Shown: positions 1 through 8,889 of the stretch, piece by piece
Position numbering within the stretch: the first letter of the stretch is position 1
Layout: each line of letters starts with the position of its first letter
Origin: Candidatus Wolfebacteria bacterium GW2011_GWB1_47_1
Lineage (GTDB): Bacteria; Patescibacteriota; Minisyncoccia; UBA6257; UBA9933
DNA length: 64,000 nt
Direction of reading: 5' to 3'
NCBI GenBank assembly: GCA_001029635.1
Contig: CP011209.1
Location: 747,969 to 811,968 of the forward strand
Program-made: the position numbers and the translations under genes
The notes under the pieces: generated by a model
The model's database searches: none
Seen by the model: the letters and a program-made list of their open reading frames with translations, nothing else
Told to the model about the DNA's origin: nothing

Positions 1-574
1 CGAGTAAGGTAGATATTTTCTTTATAAGGCTTTCGACTACATTTGAAAATACGAGAATAGCCCAAAATGCTGCTACTGTTATAAAAACTATCGGTTTTTT
101 AGGATCAGCAAAATAGGAATATGTTGCTGAAATGTATACGACCGAAAACAGAAATCGGGCACTACCCGCATCTTTAACAAAAAGATAGAGTGCTTCATTT
201 ACTTTTCTTAGCCATTTTTTTTGAGTATCTTTTATTGTTATACATAAGATACTCACCAATAAAACTATTAGTGCGTAATAAAATATGGCTGTGTAGCCAA
301 GAAAAAGCTCTTTTTCTTTTAATCCGACCAACGCAATTATTACTGTCATTGCGTTAACAATCGCGTCTGACGGCTTCGTAAAATACGGTTCGACGATATA
401 TTTCCCCATTACAATCATTAGCGCAGCAGAAAAAAACCATATCGAGTAGTCTTTTATATTTATGCCAAAAACTGCATCAGCATTGCCTCCTATAAGATGA
501 TAGATCAGGGTTAATATACTTAAATATAGTATAGCGATAAATATTCTTTCTCTTTGTGTAAGATTAATCTTCAT
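1..574 (-). CDS. Multi-pass membrane protein, 5' part only (runs off the window); possibly the membrane N-terminus of a HerA/DUF87-like ATPase
   Basis: Manual translation from ATG at 574: MKINLTQRERIFIAILYL...IVEPYFTKPSDAIVNA...; hydrophobic. Family guess rests only on the recalled EPxFTxPxD motif. Confidence 0.55.
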   Translation of the reverse strand, partial: MKINLTQRERIFIAILYLSILTLIYHLIGGNADAVFGINIKDYSIWFFSAALMIVMGKYIVEPYFTKPSDAIVNAMTVIIALVGLKEKELFLGYTAIFYYALIVLLVSILCITIKDTQKKWLRKVNEALYLFVKDAGSARFLFSVVYISATYSYFADPKKPIVFITVAAFWAILVFSNVVESLIKKISTLL

Positions 575-1205
575 AAACTTTTGAGGATTTATTAAGAATA
601 GCTTCGCGTCCTTCTCTCCTCATAATCGGTATCGCTATTAATAGATTTAAAGTAGCCACGATAACCGCTAAAATAATCAGCACTGCAAAGTTTATCCCCG
701 TAGTTAGCCACATAATCATAAGAGAAAGATAACTTATTATTGCCAAAAATATTCCCATTGCGGTTCCCGTACTATTAGCCGGCTCTTCCTTGGCCATATA
801 TGCAAGCGGTGCTAAGGCGACTGAATATCCCCAAAGCAACAATGGAATAGAACTACTACCACTTGCTTTATCTGTGAAATATACAAAAACTGCCATTACC
901 CAAACGATTATTATTGCATTTGAATATAGGAGATTAGCAAGAGCAAAGACAGAAGTCGCGATGCGATTATTTTTTTCTATGAAATATTTTATAGGCAGCA
1001 TAAATAACATCGTTGGAAGGGCGACGATCGAATATACAAAAGGCATCATTACTGAAATCAGTATTCCAAAAATAATATTTCCCCAATTCCCTATAATTGC
1101 CAACCAAATACCACTAATAATCCCGGAAAAATAGTTTAAAAATGTAATTACGACTAATAATACCCCCCAGACCGCCCCACCTGCTAATGCCAGCATTTTA
1201 TTCAT
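564..1205 (-). CDS. Hypothetical integral membrane protein
   Basis: 213-aa ORF with ~6 hydrophobic segments, co-oriented with neighbours. Confidence 0.75.
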   Translation of the reverse strand: MNKMLALAGGAVWGVLLVVITFLNYFSGIISGIWLAIIGNWGNIIFGILISVMMPFVYSIVALPTMLFMLPIKYFIEKNNRIATSVFALANLLYSNAIIIVWVMAVFVYFTDKASGSSSIPLLLWGYSVALAPLAYMAKEEPANSTGTAMGIFLAIISYLSLMIMWLTTGINFAVLIILAVIVATLNLLIAIPIMRREGREAILNKSSKVYED

Positions 1206-1215
1206 ATGATCAAAA

Positions 1216-1530
1216 TTATTTATTTTTTAACTTTTTAGATCCTATGATATTTACCACAAAAACAATACCCGCGATAAGATCTAAATTTTGCCAAGTACCC
1301 CTTTCGAAAAAGAACGGAAATAATGGGTTAAATACCACCGCCATTATCCCGAATATCCACATCCACACATCCTGCTTCTTCTCCTTATAGATATATGCAT
1401 TATAGAGTGCCACACCGCAAACTACCCACCTTAAAATCTGGTAATAACTGTATGGGTGCGATCCAATTGCAAAAAATAGCATTAACGCGGCTATGATATT
1501 AATCCATTTATTTTTAAGTAAGTTTTGCAT
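1216..1530 (-). CDS. Small membrane protein (DUF6804-like)
   Basis: PYSYYQILRWVV...FNPLFP...W..LD pattern; 4 hydrophobic segments. Confidence 0.7.
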   Translation of the reverse strand: MQNLLKNKWINIIAALMLFFAIGSHPYSYYQILRWVVCGVALYNAYIYKEKKQDVWMWIFGIMAVVFNPLFPFFFERGTWQNLDLIAGIVFVVNIIGSKKLKNK

Positions 1531-1555
1531 ATTAAAAGCAACTTTTTCTTATTTT

Positions 1556-2260
1556 TTACTTATGATTACGTATGATTTCATCTACCTCATTAAATTCTTT
1601 CCATACTCCTTGGCATGAAGCAGAAAGATCGAATTCCGTTACTTTTGCGCTTGCTTTTTCTCGCAAGACCGCTTCCGAGCAATCAACTCTTTCGTAATCA
1701 TGATCATACAGACACGACGCTGGAGAATTAACATATGAGAGTGAGACACAAAAATTATAGTCGTGCTTTATTTTATTCTTTAATAGATTACAACTTCTCA
1801 TCTCTTCATTATACTTCTGTTCTATCACTGGGGATGCACATTCCCTTACTTTCTCCTTCAAGCTATCTATTTTCTGTAACGCCTGGATATAGGCGTTTTC
1901 CGTACTTATTCTTGCGTTATTATCTTTTATTGGCTCAATAATAACACCATAAACCAATGAGATGGCCATAAGAAATCCTATAGGCATCCCCAATAATGCA
2001 TAATGCTTTTTATTAAAACCAGCCATTAAAAATCTTTCACCTTTCAAAATATATAGGGTTGTCTTTGTCCCTAAAATTAAAAGTATATAGAAGAGGAGCA
2101 GGTATAGTGCAGCGTAAAAGAATACCTCACTCTGCGACCCGCCAAACCCATCTTCGCTTCCCATGCCAATAGCTATAGGTATGGCAATCAAAAATCCAAT
2201 AATAAGCACCACCTTTCCCAACCGATACAGCCAATCCAATTTTATTTCTCTCATATTCAT
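1556..2260 (-). CDS. Hypothetical membrane protein with Cys-rich C-terminal soluble domain
   Basis: 3 N-terminal hydrophobic helices, 6 Cys in the C-terminal half. Confidence 0.7.
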   Translation of the reverse strand: MNMREIKLDWLYRLGKVVLIIGFLIAIPIAIGMGSEDGFGGSQSEVFFYAALYLLLFYILLILGTKTTLYILKGERFLMAGFNKKHYALLGMPIGFLMAISLVYGVIIEPIKDNNARISTENAYIQALQKIDSLKEKVRECASPVIEQKYNEEMRSCNLLKNKIKHDYNFCVSLSYVNSPASCLYDHDYERVDCSEAVLREKASAKVTEFDLSASCQGVWKEFNEVDEIIRNHK

Positions 2261-2269
2261 AATTCTAAA

Positions 2270-2509
2270 TTACCACTTATAGGGATTTACATACCCTTTT
2301 TTCCCGGTATACGGATTATAATTTCCTTTTGTACTATAGTTATTGAATTTATACTTATCAGGACTGGTTTTGTAATAGGGCGCGACATAAGAGCTGCTCC
2401 GTGAGTTATAATAACCCTTGACTCGGACGGTCTTTGCTTCTGCTGAATTTATAAATATCAAAGAAAGTATGGTGATTAATGCGAAAATTGTAACGGAAAG
2501 TTTTTTCAT
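2270..2509 (-). CDS. Small secreted basic protein
   Basis: Signal peptide (..AEA) then VKGYY...YVAPYYKTSPD...NNYSTKGNYNPYTGKKG. Confidence 0.75.
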   Translation of the reverse strand: MKKLSVTIFALITILSLIFINSAEAKTVRVKGYYNSRSSSYVAPYYKTSPDKYKFNNYSTKGNYNPYTGKKGYVNPYKW

Positions 2510-2519
2510 TAATTTATTT

Positions 2520-2807
2520 TTATTTACCTTGACGCAAGATATTTACATAATTCCTTAAACGATCGTACCTGTCTGCATAACCACCCCCGCATCCGCTGTT
2601 TTTAAATCCCCAATGATCCTCTTGCCAAATCACCCCCGTGTTAATGGCTCGGTTTCTATCATCTAAATAGACAACCTCAAAATCCCCTTCAATTTTTTTG
2701 AGCTCGGGAGCTGTGATAGCTCTACATACTACTGCTTGTTTTTTAATGATAGCATTTCCAACACTTATCCACTCCCCTGGCTGCAAATTTTTTAAATTTT
2801 CTGGCAT
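2520..2807 (-). CDS. Hypothetical protein
   Basis: Likely start MPENLK at 2807 avoids overlap with the upstream gene. Confidence 0.65.
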   Translation of the reverse strand: MPENLKNLQPGEWISVGNAIIKKQAVVCRAITAPELKKIEGDFEVVYLDDRNRAINTGVIWQEDHWGFKNSGCGGGYADRYDRLRNYVNILRQGK

Positions 2808-2829
2808 GGTTAATTTTATAAAAAGTGTC

Positions 2830-3312
2830 TTATTTAATATCCGGCAATAGCGTGTAAATATAATTTCCAATCAAGTTATTCCTCCCAAATTCTTTCTCCA
2901 ACCTACTAATCAGGTTTTCTCTAAACCAGTGGGGATTTTTATAATACGCTGTTTTTTCTTGCGCAATACGATCTTTAATCTTCTGCTCGGTATTTATGGT
3001 ATTTGTCGTATTTACTACTGGACTTGCCTTATACTCAGGCGCGGGCGTGGTATATCCAGTCCCATTTGCTCCATAAGTGCTCTTAATCGGCTCGATAGGC
3101 TGCGGAGCCGCCTTTGCATTATGACAATGATATTCTCCCGTACTTAAACCCCATGACGAGCAATTTGTTCGACAAGTATGACACCCGGAACTATCGGTCC
3201 TACCCGGATGCGCAAAAGAAACTACGGGGACCAATATCCCTATTAAACCCACCATAATTGCCGTTCGCTTCATTGCCATAAGTATGTTCATTAAATACCC
3301 TTTTGTAAACAA
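2830..3312 (-). CDS. YHYH-domain secreted protein (start uncertain)
   Basis: Signal peptide then AHPGRTDSSGCH...GEYHCHN. Confidence 0.75.
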   Translation of the reverse strand: MFTKGYLMNILMAMKRTAIMVGLIGILVPVVSFAHPGRTDSSGCHTCRTNCSSWGLSTGEYHCHNAKAAPQPIEPIKSTYGANGTGYTTPAPEYKASPVVNTTNTINTEQKIKDRIAQEKTAYYKNPHWFRENLISRLEKEFGRNNLIGNYIYTLLPDIK

Positions 3313-3517
3313 TACCGGCCCACAAGCAGCAACCCGCTTGAAAACTCGGGCGAATAATTAACGACTTTAGATCTCTATCCCCAATGACCATATTACAACA
3401 CACCATTGATTTATTGAAAAATTTTTCAATCCCTGAAATAAAATATATTAGAACACACTTCTGATTAACTGAAAAATAAATCAGATTTTGAATATTTATT
3501 TATTACCAAACTTTGAC

Positions 3518-3775
3518 CTATCTAACCTCCAATAGGCCGCATCTCCTCATCTTATAGACATATTCCGGTATGCTTAACAATCTCTCATCTACAAACTTTT
3601 CCGTACAATTTTTATGGATTAGCGAGTCCTTATTCTTGTATTCTTCTCGAATACTCCTTACATACTCCCGCTCCCTATAAGATAGGGTTACATAAATAAT
3701 AGCCCCCACAAGGATCAAGAGCCCTATTAGTGAAATTCTATTGAAAACCTTTTCCTGTTGGTCTGGTTTTTCCAT
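3518..3775 (-). CDS. Hypothetical single-pass membrane protein
   Basis: 85-aa ORF, one hydrophobic helix. Confidence 0.6.
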   Translation of the reverse strand: MEKPDQQEKVFNRISLIGLLILVGAIIYVTLSYREREYVRSIREEYKNKDSLIHKNCTEKFVDERLLSIPEYVYKMRRCGLLEVR

Positions 3776-3776
3776 T

Positions 3777-4202
3777 TTAGCGGAAAATTATATAGAGCCC
3801 AAAAATGAACGCATACCCCATTAACTCGTTAGCCTCCTCTTCATTCGGCCGGATCGTTTTATATATTCGGTTCACTTGATTGACCATATATAGCGCCACA
3901 ACTACTGGCAGTATCCTACCGGGTGCGTCAAACTTTACAATGATCAGTGTTAATAGAACTATATCACTAATGGCTCCACACGCCCCACTGGCGTAATCCC
4001 TGTAGCTCGCCTTCCCTTTACTTAACACGCCTCTGACTATGGAGTATAGCGCCATCTGCCCTACCATCCCTAATACAGACGACCAAAATAGCACAAAAAT
4101 TGCCCACCAAAATGGCAGTAGGAAAAATGGGGCGATGTATGCAATTAACCAAATGATCCGAAGTGAGTAGGTACGGATCACTAATTTATTAAATGCGTTC
4201 AT
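3777..4202 (-). CDS. Hypothetical membrane protein
   Basis: 141-aa hydrophobic ORF abutting the downstream gene. Confidence 0.65.
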   Translation of the reverse strand: MNAFNKLVIRTYSLRIIWLIAYIAPFFLLPFWWAIFVLFWSSVLGMVGQMALYSIVRGVLSKGKASYRDYASGACGAISDIVLLTLIIVKFDAPGRILPVVVALYMVNQVNRIYKTIRPNEEEANELMGYAFIFGLYIIFR

Positions 4203-4283
4203 TTTGGTTTTTAGGTTTTTAAACCTAAAATCTGGATTAATATATTAGGACACAAATCTAAAAAACTAAAAAATATATTCGTT

Positions 4284-4727
4284 TTATTTATTTTTTGTTA
4301 ACCTTATTTTTTCAACCTTATACGCTCTAAATGCCGTTCTTAGGAACAGGAACCATACAACCATTGCAACACCGGCGATCAATAAATTATCAGTAGATAT
4401 TGCCCCGCTCACCTTTGCCACCTTATCTAAATAAACAAATACATCCTTCACCGCCCATATAATCAAAACTATGGCCATTGTTAACGCCACTTTATTTCCC
4501 TTGTAGACAAAATACGCGGTAGATATATTTATAATCCCTGCGCTAAAAATATTAACCAGGGCCCTTTCAGATCCATCAATAAACAGGTATACGAATAAAT
4601 AAATTACGAATGGGGCAAGTAAAAATAACGCGGTTATTCCCCTATATGTTTTATATATAGGCAACGAACCGTACTTCTCTACCTGATCCCGCAAATAGTC
4701 CTTTGCAGGAATGGTTATGTCTTTCAT
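4284..4727 (-). CDS. Hypothetical membrane protein (4 TM)
   Basis: Likely start MKDITI at 4727; the upstream TTG extension lies in a structured non-coding region. Confidence 0.65.
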   Translation of the reverse strand: MKDITIPAKDYLRDQVEKYGSLPIYKTYRGITALFLLAPFVIYLFVYLFIDGSERALVNIFSAGIINISTAYFVYKGNKVALTMAIVLIIWAVKDVFVYLDKVAKVSGAISTDNLLIAGVAMVVWFLFLRTAFRAYKVEKIRLTKNK

Positions 4728-4728
4728 A

Positions 4729-4903
4729 CTGTGGTGGGTTTTGCTGACCGGGAATGCATAAAGCTCCCCGCCAGCGATAGCCTTACGGCTACCCAAATCC
4801 CTTTCGAGATAAGACCCACCACAGGTGCTCTGACGAGGAGCTTAATGAACCTGTGGTGGGGGTTTTTGCCATATCTCGGGGATTTCCCAAGGGTTAGGCT
4901 ATG
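4729..4903 (-). promoter_or_regulatory. Highly structured 5' leader, candidate cis-regulatory RNA
   Basis: Nested inverted repeats (cccaccacagg/cctgtggtggg, cgagata/tatctcg, aaatccc/gggattt, atagcct/aggctat) downstream of a TTAACA-N17-TACCAT promoter at ~4917-4946. Confidence 0.45.
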
Positions 4904-4916
4904 AAGTTATGCGTCT

Positions 4917-5693
4917 ATGGTATCACAGAAAACTGTATTTGTTAACAAAATGATATATAATTTTCGTATGTTAGCGTCGCCCGGAAATAACTCGTATTTA
5001 GACGAAGAGGAGGTTCTTTCGCTTTTGTCCACGAACCAATCATCCTCAAAACTTACCCCCTACATCGATCGTTTTATTAATAATACCCTCGCCTCTGATA
5101 CAGAAAATTATTACCTATTCGAGAGACAGAAAGAGAAAACATTATCAATTTTAAGGAAGGAGTCAAAAAAGTTTGGCGGCTCTTTTATTCTAAAATACCC
5201 ACGCGCCGATTTTGATAAGTCATATCTACCAATTCACTCCCTAATTGCTTTAAACTATCTCAAAGTAATCGACCTGCAAGAGATCTCAATTGATAAAGAT
5301 ATTTTTTCAGATCCCCTACACCTTTTCGATCAAACAATAGAAGCAAAAATAGTATTATCTGATGAAGTTATTTCTAATAAGCAGCCACTTAAACCAAAAT
5401 TCAGCTTCGCAGATGGGGTTTTACATTTTAAAAACAAAGATATTCTAATATCTAAAAGCTATACCAATCCTCGCAAACTCTTAGACATCATCCTAAATGA
5501 ACCTAATAAAACATGGGACTATAGTGAAATTTGGGAGGAGTGGGACGAATTAGAAAATTATAATCCTCTTAAACGGAATAGATTTTATAACGCCGCTTAT
5601 GATGTTAACCAAAAGGTGGGTATCGCGACCGATGTAAATGACTTTCTTGAATACACAACAAACGAAGTGAAGATTAACAAAAAATACCTTTGA
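4917..5693 (+). CDS. Hypothetical protein with C-terminal OmpR/ToxR-like winged-helix domain
   Basis: C-terminus LLDII..W.YSEI..FYNAAY..N.K...DF...T..EVKIN.KYL aligns by eye with the C-terminus of 8890-10449. Confidence 0.65.
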   Translation: MVSQKTVFVNKMIYNFRMLASPGNNSYLDEEEVLSLLSTNQSSSKLTPYIDRFINNTLASDTENYYLFERQKEKTLSILRKESKKFGGSFILKYPRADFDKSYLPIHSLIALNYLKVIDLQEISIDKDIFSDPLHLFDQTIEAKIVLSDEVISNKQPLKPKFSFADGVLHFKNKDILISKSYTNPRKLLDIILNEPNKTWDYSEIWEEWDELENYNPLKRNRFYNAAYDVNQKVGIATDVNDFLEYTTNEVKINKKYL

Positions 5694-5755
5694 GTTAGTT
5701 TGCAAACTTTTGCAAACCACCTATTTGATACCGTTACTAAAAATAACGGTATTTT

Positions 5756-5959
5756 ATGTTAACACCCGGACTCATTAACGAGTTTCAAAACATAATACAG
5801 AAAGAGTACGGCATCGCATTAAGCGATAGGGATGCCTCAGAAATCGCCAATAATTTGACCGGCTATTTTGACCTACTCGCTAAAATTCATCATCGAGATC
5901 AGACGAGCGCCGAGGCTCCTGATTTGATCCTCCCGAAGGGATCAAATCAGGGTCTTTGA
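5756..5959 (+). CDS. Small helical hypothetical protein upstream of the recombinase
   Basis: 67 aa, EFQNIIQKEYGIALSDRDASEIANNL; ATG directly after a hairpin. Confidence 0.65.
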   Translation: MLTPGLINEFQNIIQKEYGIALSDRDASEIANNLTGYFDLLAKIHHRDQTSAEAPDLILPKGSNQGL

Positions 5960-6394
5960 CCCCTTTTAAAATTATATCTAAGACTTGGCTGGTTTCGGGA
6001 ACTCCAAGGATAAAAAACACGGTTCCGGTAAAAACAAGTGTATTAGGGTTCTGATGCGAAAGCAGGGAAAACAAGTTGGCAACTCTTGCCCTGCCGTTGG
6101 ATCAGCGCCTTAATATAGCATTCGATTAGATATATACATACACCTAATCCAAACTTTTACTATCATCCAGGAGGTAAAAGTTGTTACCAACTATGAAAAA
6201 AATGAGTGGCGATAAGAAAGCACATATAGAAAAAGTTTTAATCCCCCAGAAAAGGATCAAACATAAGATGCTGATCAAGGGATTTAAGAAAAAAAGAGTT
6301 GACACAAAAGAAGCCATAAAACAGTTGCTTTCCATACAATAAATCATCCCCAATGTGCAGAAAAAATAAAAAAGGTTTACACTATCGTTAAAAT

Positions 6395-8044
6395 ATGAAA
6401 TCAATCATATACGCTCGCGTATCGTCAAAAGAACAGGAAGAAACTGGATACTCTCTCCCCTCGCAAGAGAAGCTTTTGCGGGATTACGCCGATCGAAAGG
6501 AGCTTGCCATCGCAAAGACTTTTTCTATTGCGGAGTCCGCAAGCGGGGTAAAACAGCGAAAAGTATTTGGCGAGATGATCAAGCTTGCAGAGAACAATAA
6601 GATAAACAATATACTATGTGAGAAGGTTGACCGACTCACTCGCAACCTAAAGGAGGCGGTTATGGTAAATGAATGGCTTGAGGAAGATGAGTTGCGGAAG
6701 ATCCATTTCGTGAAACAAAATCTAATCATCCATAAAAATGCTAAATCTGATGAGAAATTTCGATGGGATATCGAAATCATTCTTGCCAAAAAATATATTT
6801 CCAACCTTTCCGAGGAGGTAAAGAAGGGACAAAAGGAAAAGATAGCCCAAGGATGGCTCCCTACTGCCCCTGTAATGGGCTATAAGACGGTTGGCGATAA
6901 AGGACACAGGATCCATGTAATCGACCCTACTGCGGCGCCCGTAGCGCAGAAAATGTTCGAATTATATGCCACCGGCAATTTTTCCATATCAGTCATTACT
7001 TCGTTCGTTAAGGAGTCTGGAGTGAAAACGCGCGCCGGTCGACCAATAGTAAAAACCCGCATTCACCAACTCCTCTCCGATCCATTCTACTACGGGAAAA
7101 TTCAGTGGAACGATAAGCTATATCCGGGCAAGCATGACCCTCTTATCACTAAGGAATTATTTGATGAGGTTCAGCGAATGCTTAAGCGAGGGACCAAAGC
7201 CCCTGCCTATCAAAAGCACTTCCCTATCTTCAAGGGAAAGATCTTTTGCGGCGAATGTGGTGGCACCATCACTTGGGAGGTGCAAAAGGGTCATTGGTAC
7301 GGCCACTGCAACCACTATAAGCCGTGTGCTCAAAAGAAATACACAAAACAGGGATCTGTCGAGGACCAGCTCTTTGCTTATTTTTCCGAAGTAGCGCCTA
7401 AGAATGAGCAAGTACTTCAATGGCTTGAAAAGGCCCTTAAAGCAGACCACAGAAGCGAAATAGACTATCGCACATCTGCCAAAGATAATCTACTCCGTGA
7501 TCTTGAGCGCATTGAGAAGCGTTTCGAGGGCTTATATGATGACAAGCTCGACGGCAAGATACTCCCCGCTTTCTACGAACGCAAGGCAGCGGAATTTACA
7601 GAGCAAAAAGAAACGCTTGTACAACAACTCGCAAACTTGAATAAAAGCCAAGATGAATATTATGAAGCCGGGTATGCCATTCACGAGCTGGCGCTAAAAT
7701 CCCGGTCGATCTATTCAAGCCCACATGCAACTACCGAGGAGAAGAGATTGCTTTTGAGTTATATATTTTCGAACATCACGATAAAGGATGGTGAAATCAA
7801 GCCAGAATACACTTCGGCCTTCGAATTTATGTCCAAGTGGATGCCGATCGTAAATAACACTTTCGAACTCGAAAATGTCGGCATCAATACTAACGAAAAA
7901 GGCACTTTCGTGCCTTCTCGTACTATTTTGCTCCGCACTATGGACGAGTTTAGAACTCTTAACTGGTCCTCTATTGAAAACGAACTTAGGTTTAGCGGTA
8001 TCTTAAGCTTTTTCCCAAGTGCCATTATTCAGAACCAATTTTGA
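6395..8044 (+). CDS. Large serine recombinase
   Basis: YARVSS catalytic motif, DRLTRN, recombinase domain (PFYYG, H.PLI), Zn ribbon CGECG, coiled coil. Confidence 0.93.
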   Translation: MKSIIYARVSSKEQEETGYSLPSQEKLLRDYADRKELAIAKTFSIAESASGVKQRKVFGEMIKLAENNKINNILCEKVDRLTRNLKEAVMVNEWLEEDELRKIHFVKQNLIIHKNAKSDEKFRWDIEIILAKKYISNLSEEVKKGQKEKIAQGWLPTAPVMGYKTVGDKGHRIHVIDPTAAPVAQKMFELYATGNFSISVITSFVKESGVKTRAGRPIVKTRIHQLLSDPFYYGKIQWNDKLYPGKHDPLITKELFDEVQRMLKRGTKAPAYQKHFPIFKGKIFCGECGGTITWEVQKGHWYGHCNHYKPCAQKKYTKQGSVEDQLFAYFSEVAPKNEQVLQWLEKALKADHRSEIDYRTSAKDNLLRDLERIEKRFEGLYDDKLDGKILPAFYERKAAEFTEQKETLVQQLANLNKSQDEYYEAGYAIHELALKSRSIYSSPHATTEEKRLLLSYIFSNITIKDGEIKPEYTSAFEFMSKWMPIVNNTFELENVGINTNEKGTFVPSRTILLRTMDEFRTLNWSSIENELRFSGILSFFPSAIIQNQF

Positions 8045-8045
8045 A

Positions 8046-8849
8046 TTAAACACAATTCTTCATCAACTCATTTATATACTTAGTAAAGCATTTATAGAAG
8101 TTATCGGCAGAAATATAGTACTTCTCGAAATATAGCTTCGTACCTGATGCTGGGATATTATCAACAAAGTTCAGATTTCTATAATTTGTCCTTAAGCGCA
8201 TTAGATGAAAAAAGTCGAAGATGGATACTTTTATGTTTCTCTTGAAATTATCTATTCTAATCTTGTCTTTGGTCCGCCTACCTGATAAACCATTTACTAT
8301 TTTATAGTTATCGATTTTATCATTTGCAACCTTTTTCATTAAAAGCCTGTAAATGGTATCGTCAGCAACGCCCGTCTTCAGATGCTCCCCTGCTTGTGTG
8401 GTAAAACTTAAAATCTCTTCACCAAAAACCAAGTTTAAGAGCGGTTTATTGAACTGTATTTCAGAGCTTTCAAGCATCTTAGTAAATGCGTTTACGCACT
8501 CGTGATGTCCCGCAGTTAAAGACGACATTTTACCGCTAATAATGCAATCGGAGATGCAGAGCAAATGATAAATCAAATAATAAGTTTTAACAGGTAGCCA
8601 AAGGACCGATGCCGATGAATAGTCTTCATCAAAACATACAATTTCGTATTCTTGGTCAATCGACTTTTTTGTCAATCTAACCAACTGTATTTTATCTTTC
8701 AACTTTCCGCCCTCAGACTTAGGTAGCTTCGAATTAGGCGAGGAAATTATTTCAAGATTATTGGAAAGCTTCGCGATAAGAGCTGCATATTTTAAGTGAG
8801 TCTCAAAATCCAATCGGTCGCTTGTCGGACGAGGGGCGTAAATTGCCAT
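8046..8849 (-). CDS. HEPN-like domain protein
   Basis: YYLIYH, GH and LMRLRTNY motifs in HEPN-like order. Confidence 0.55.
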   Translation of the reverse strand: MAIYAPRPTSDRLDFETHLKYAALIAKLSNNLEIISSPNSKLPKSEGGKLKDKIQLVRLTKKSIDQEYEIVCFDEDYSSASVLWLPVKTYYLIYHLLCISDCIISGKMSSLTAGHHECVNAFTKMLESSEIQFNKPLLNLVFGEEILSFTTQAGEHLKTGVADDTIYRLLMKKVANDKIDNYKIVNGLSGRRTKDKIRIDNFKRNIKVSIFDFFHLMRLRTNYRNLNFVDNIPASGTKLYFEKYYISADNFYKCFTKYINELMKNCV

Positions 8850-8889
8850 ATGTTTGAATTATATTCCGCTGTAAAGTAAAGTAAAGAGT

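Larger units (their letters stand above)
1..7934. mobile_element. Outer integrative island (left end beyond window) ending in serine recombinase 6395-8044
   Basis: AT-rich run of small hypothetical genes ending in a large serine recombinase whose 3' end crosses TTGCTCC (7928-7934), the same heptamer found at the tRNA-Asn 3' end (18079-18085). Confidence 0.65.

Noticed and set aside
3313-3406. Possible riboswitch upstream of the YHYH gene
   Set aside because: Only a modest hairpin (caagc/gcttg within gccc/gggc); no recognisable aptamer consensus
564-4727. Integron cassette array
   Set aside because: No RYYYAAC/GTTRRRY attC palindromes in the spacers and no tyrosine integrase in the window
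4826-4850. CTGACGAG...GAA resembling a hammerhead ribozyme core
   Set aside because: No stem II closing onto GAAA and no properly placed cleavage triplet
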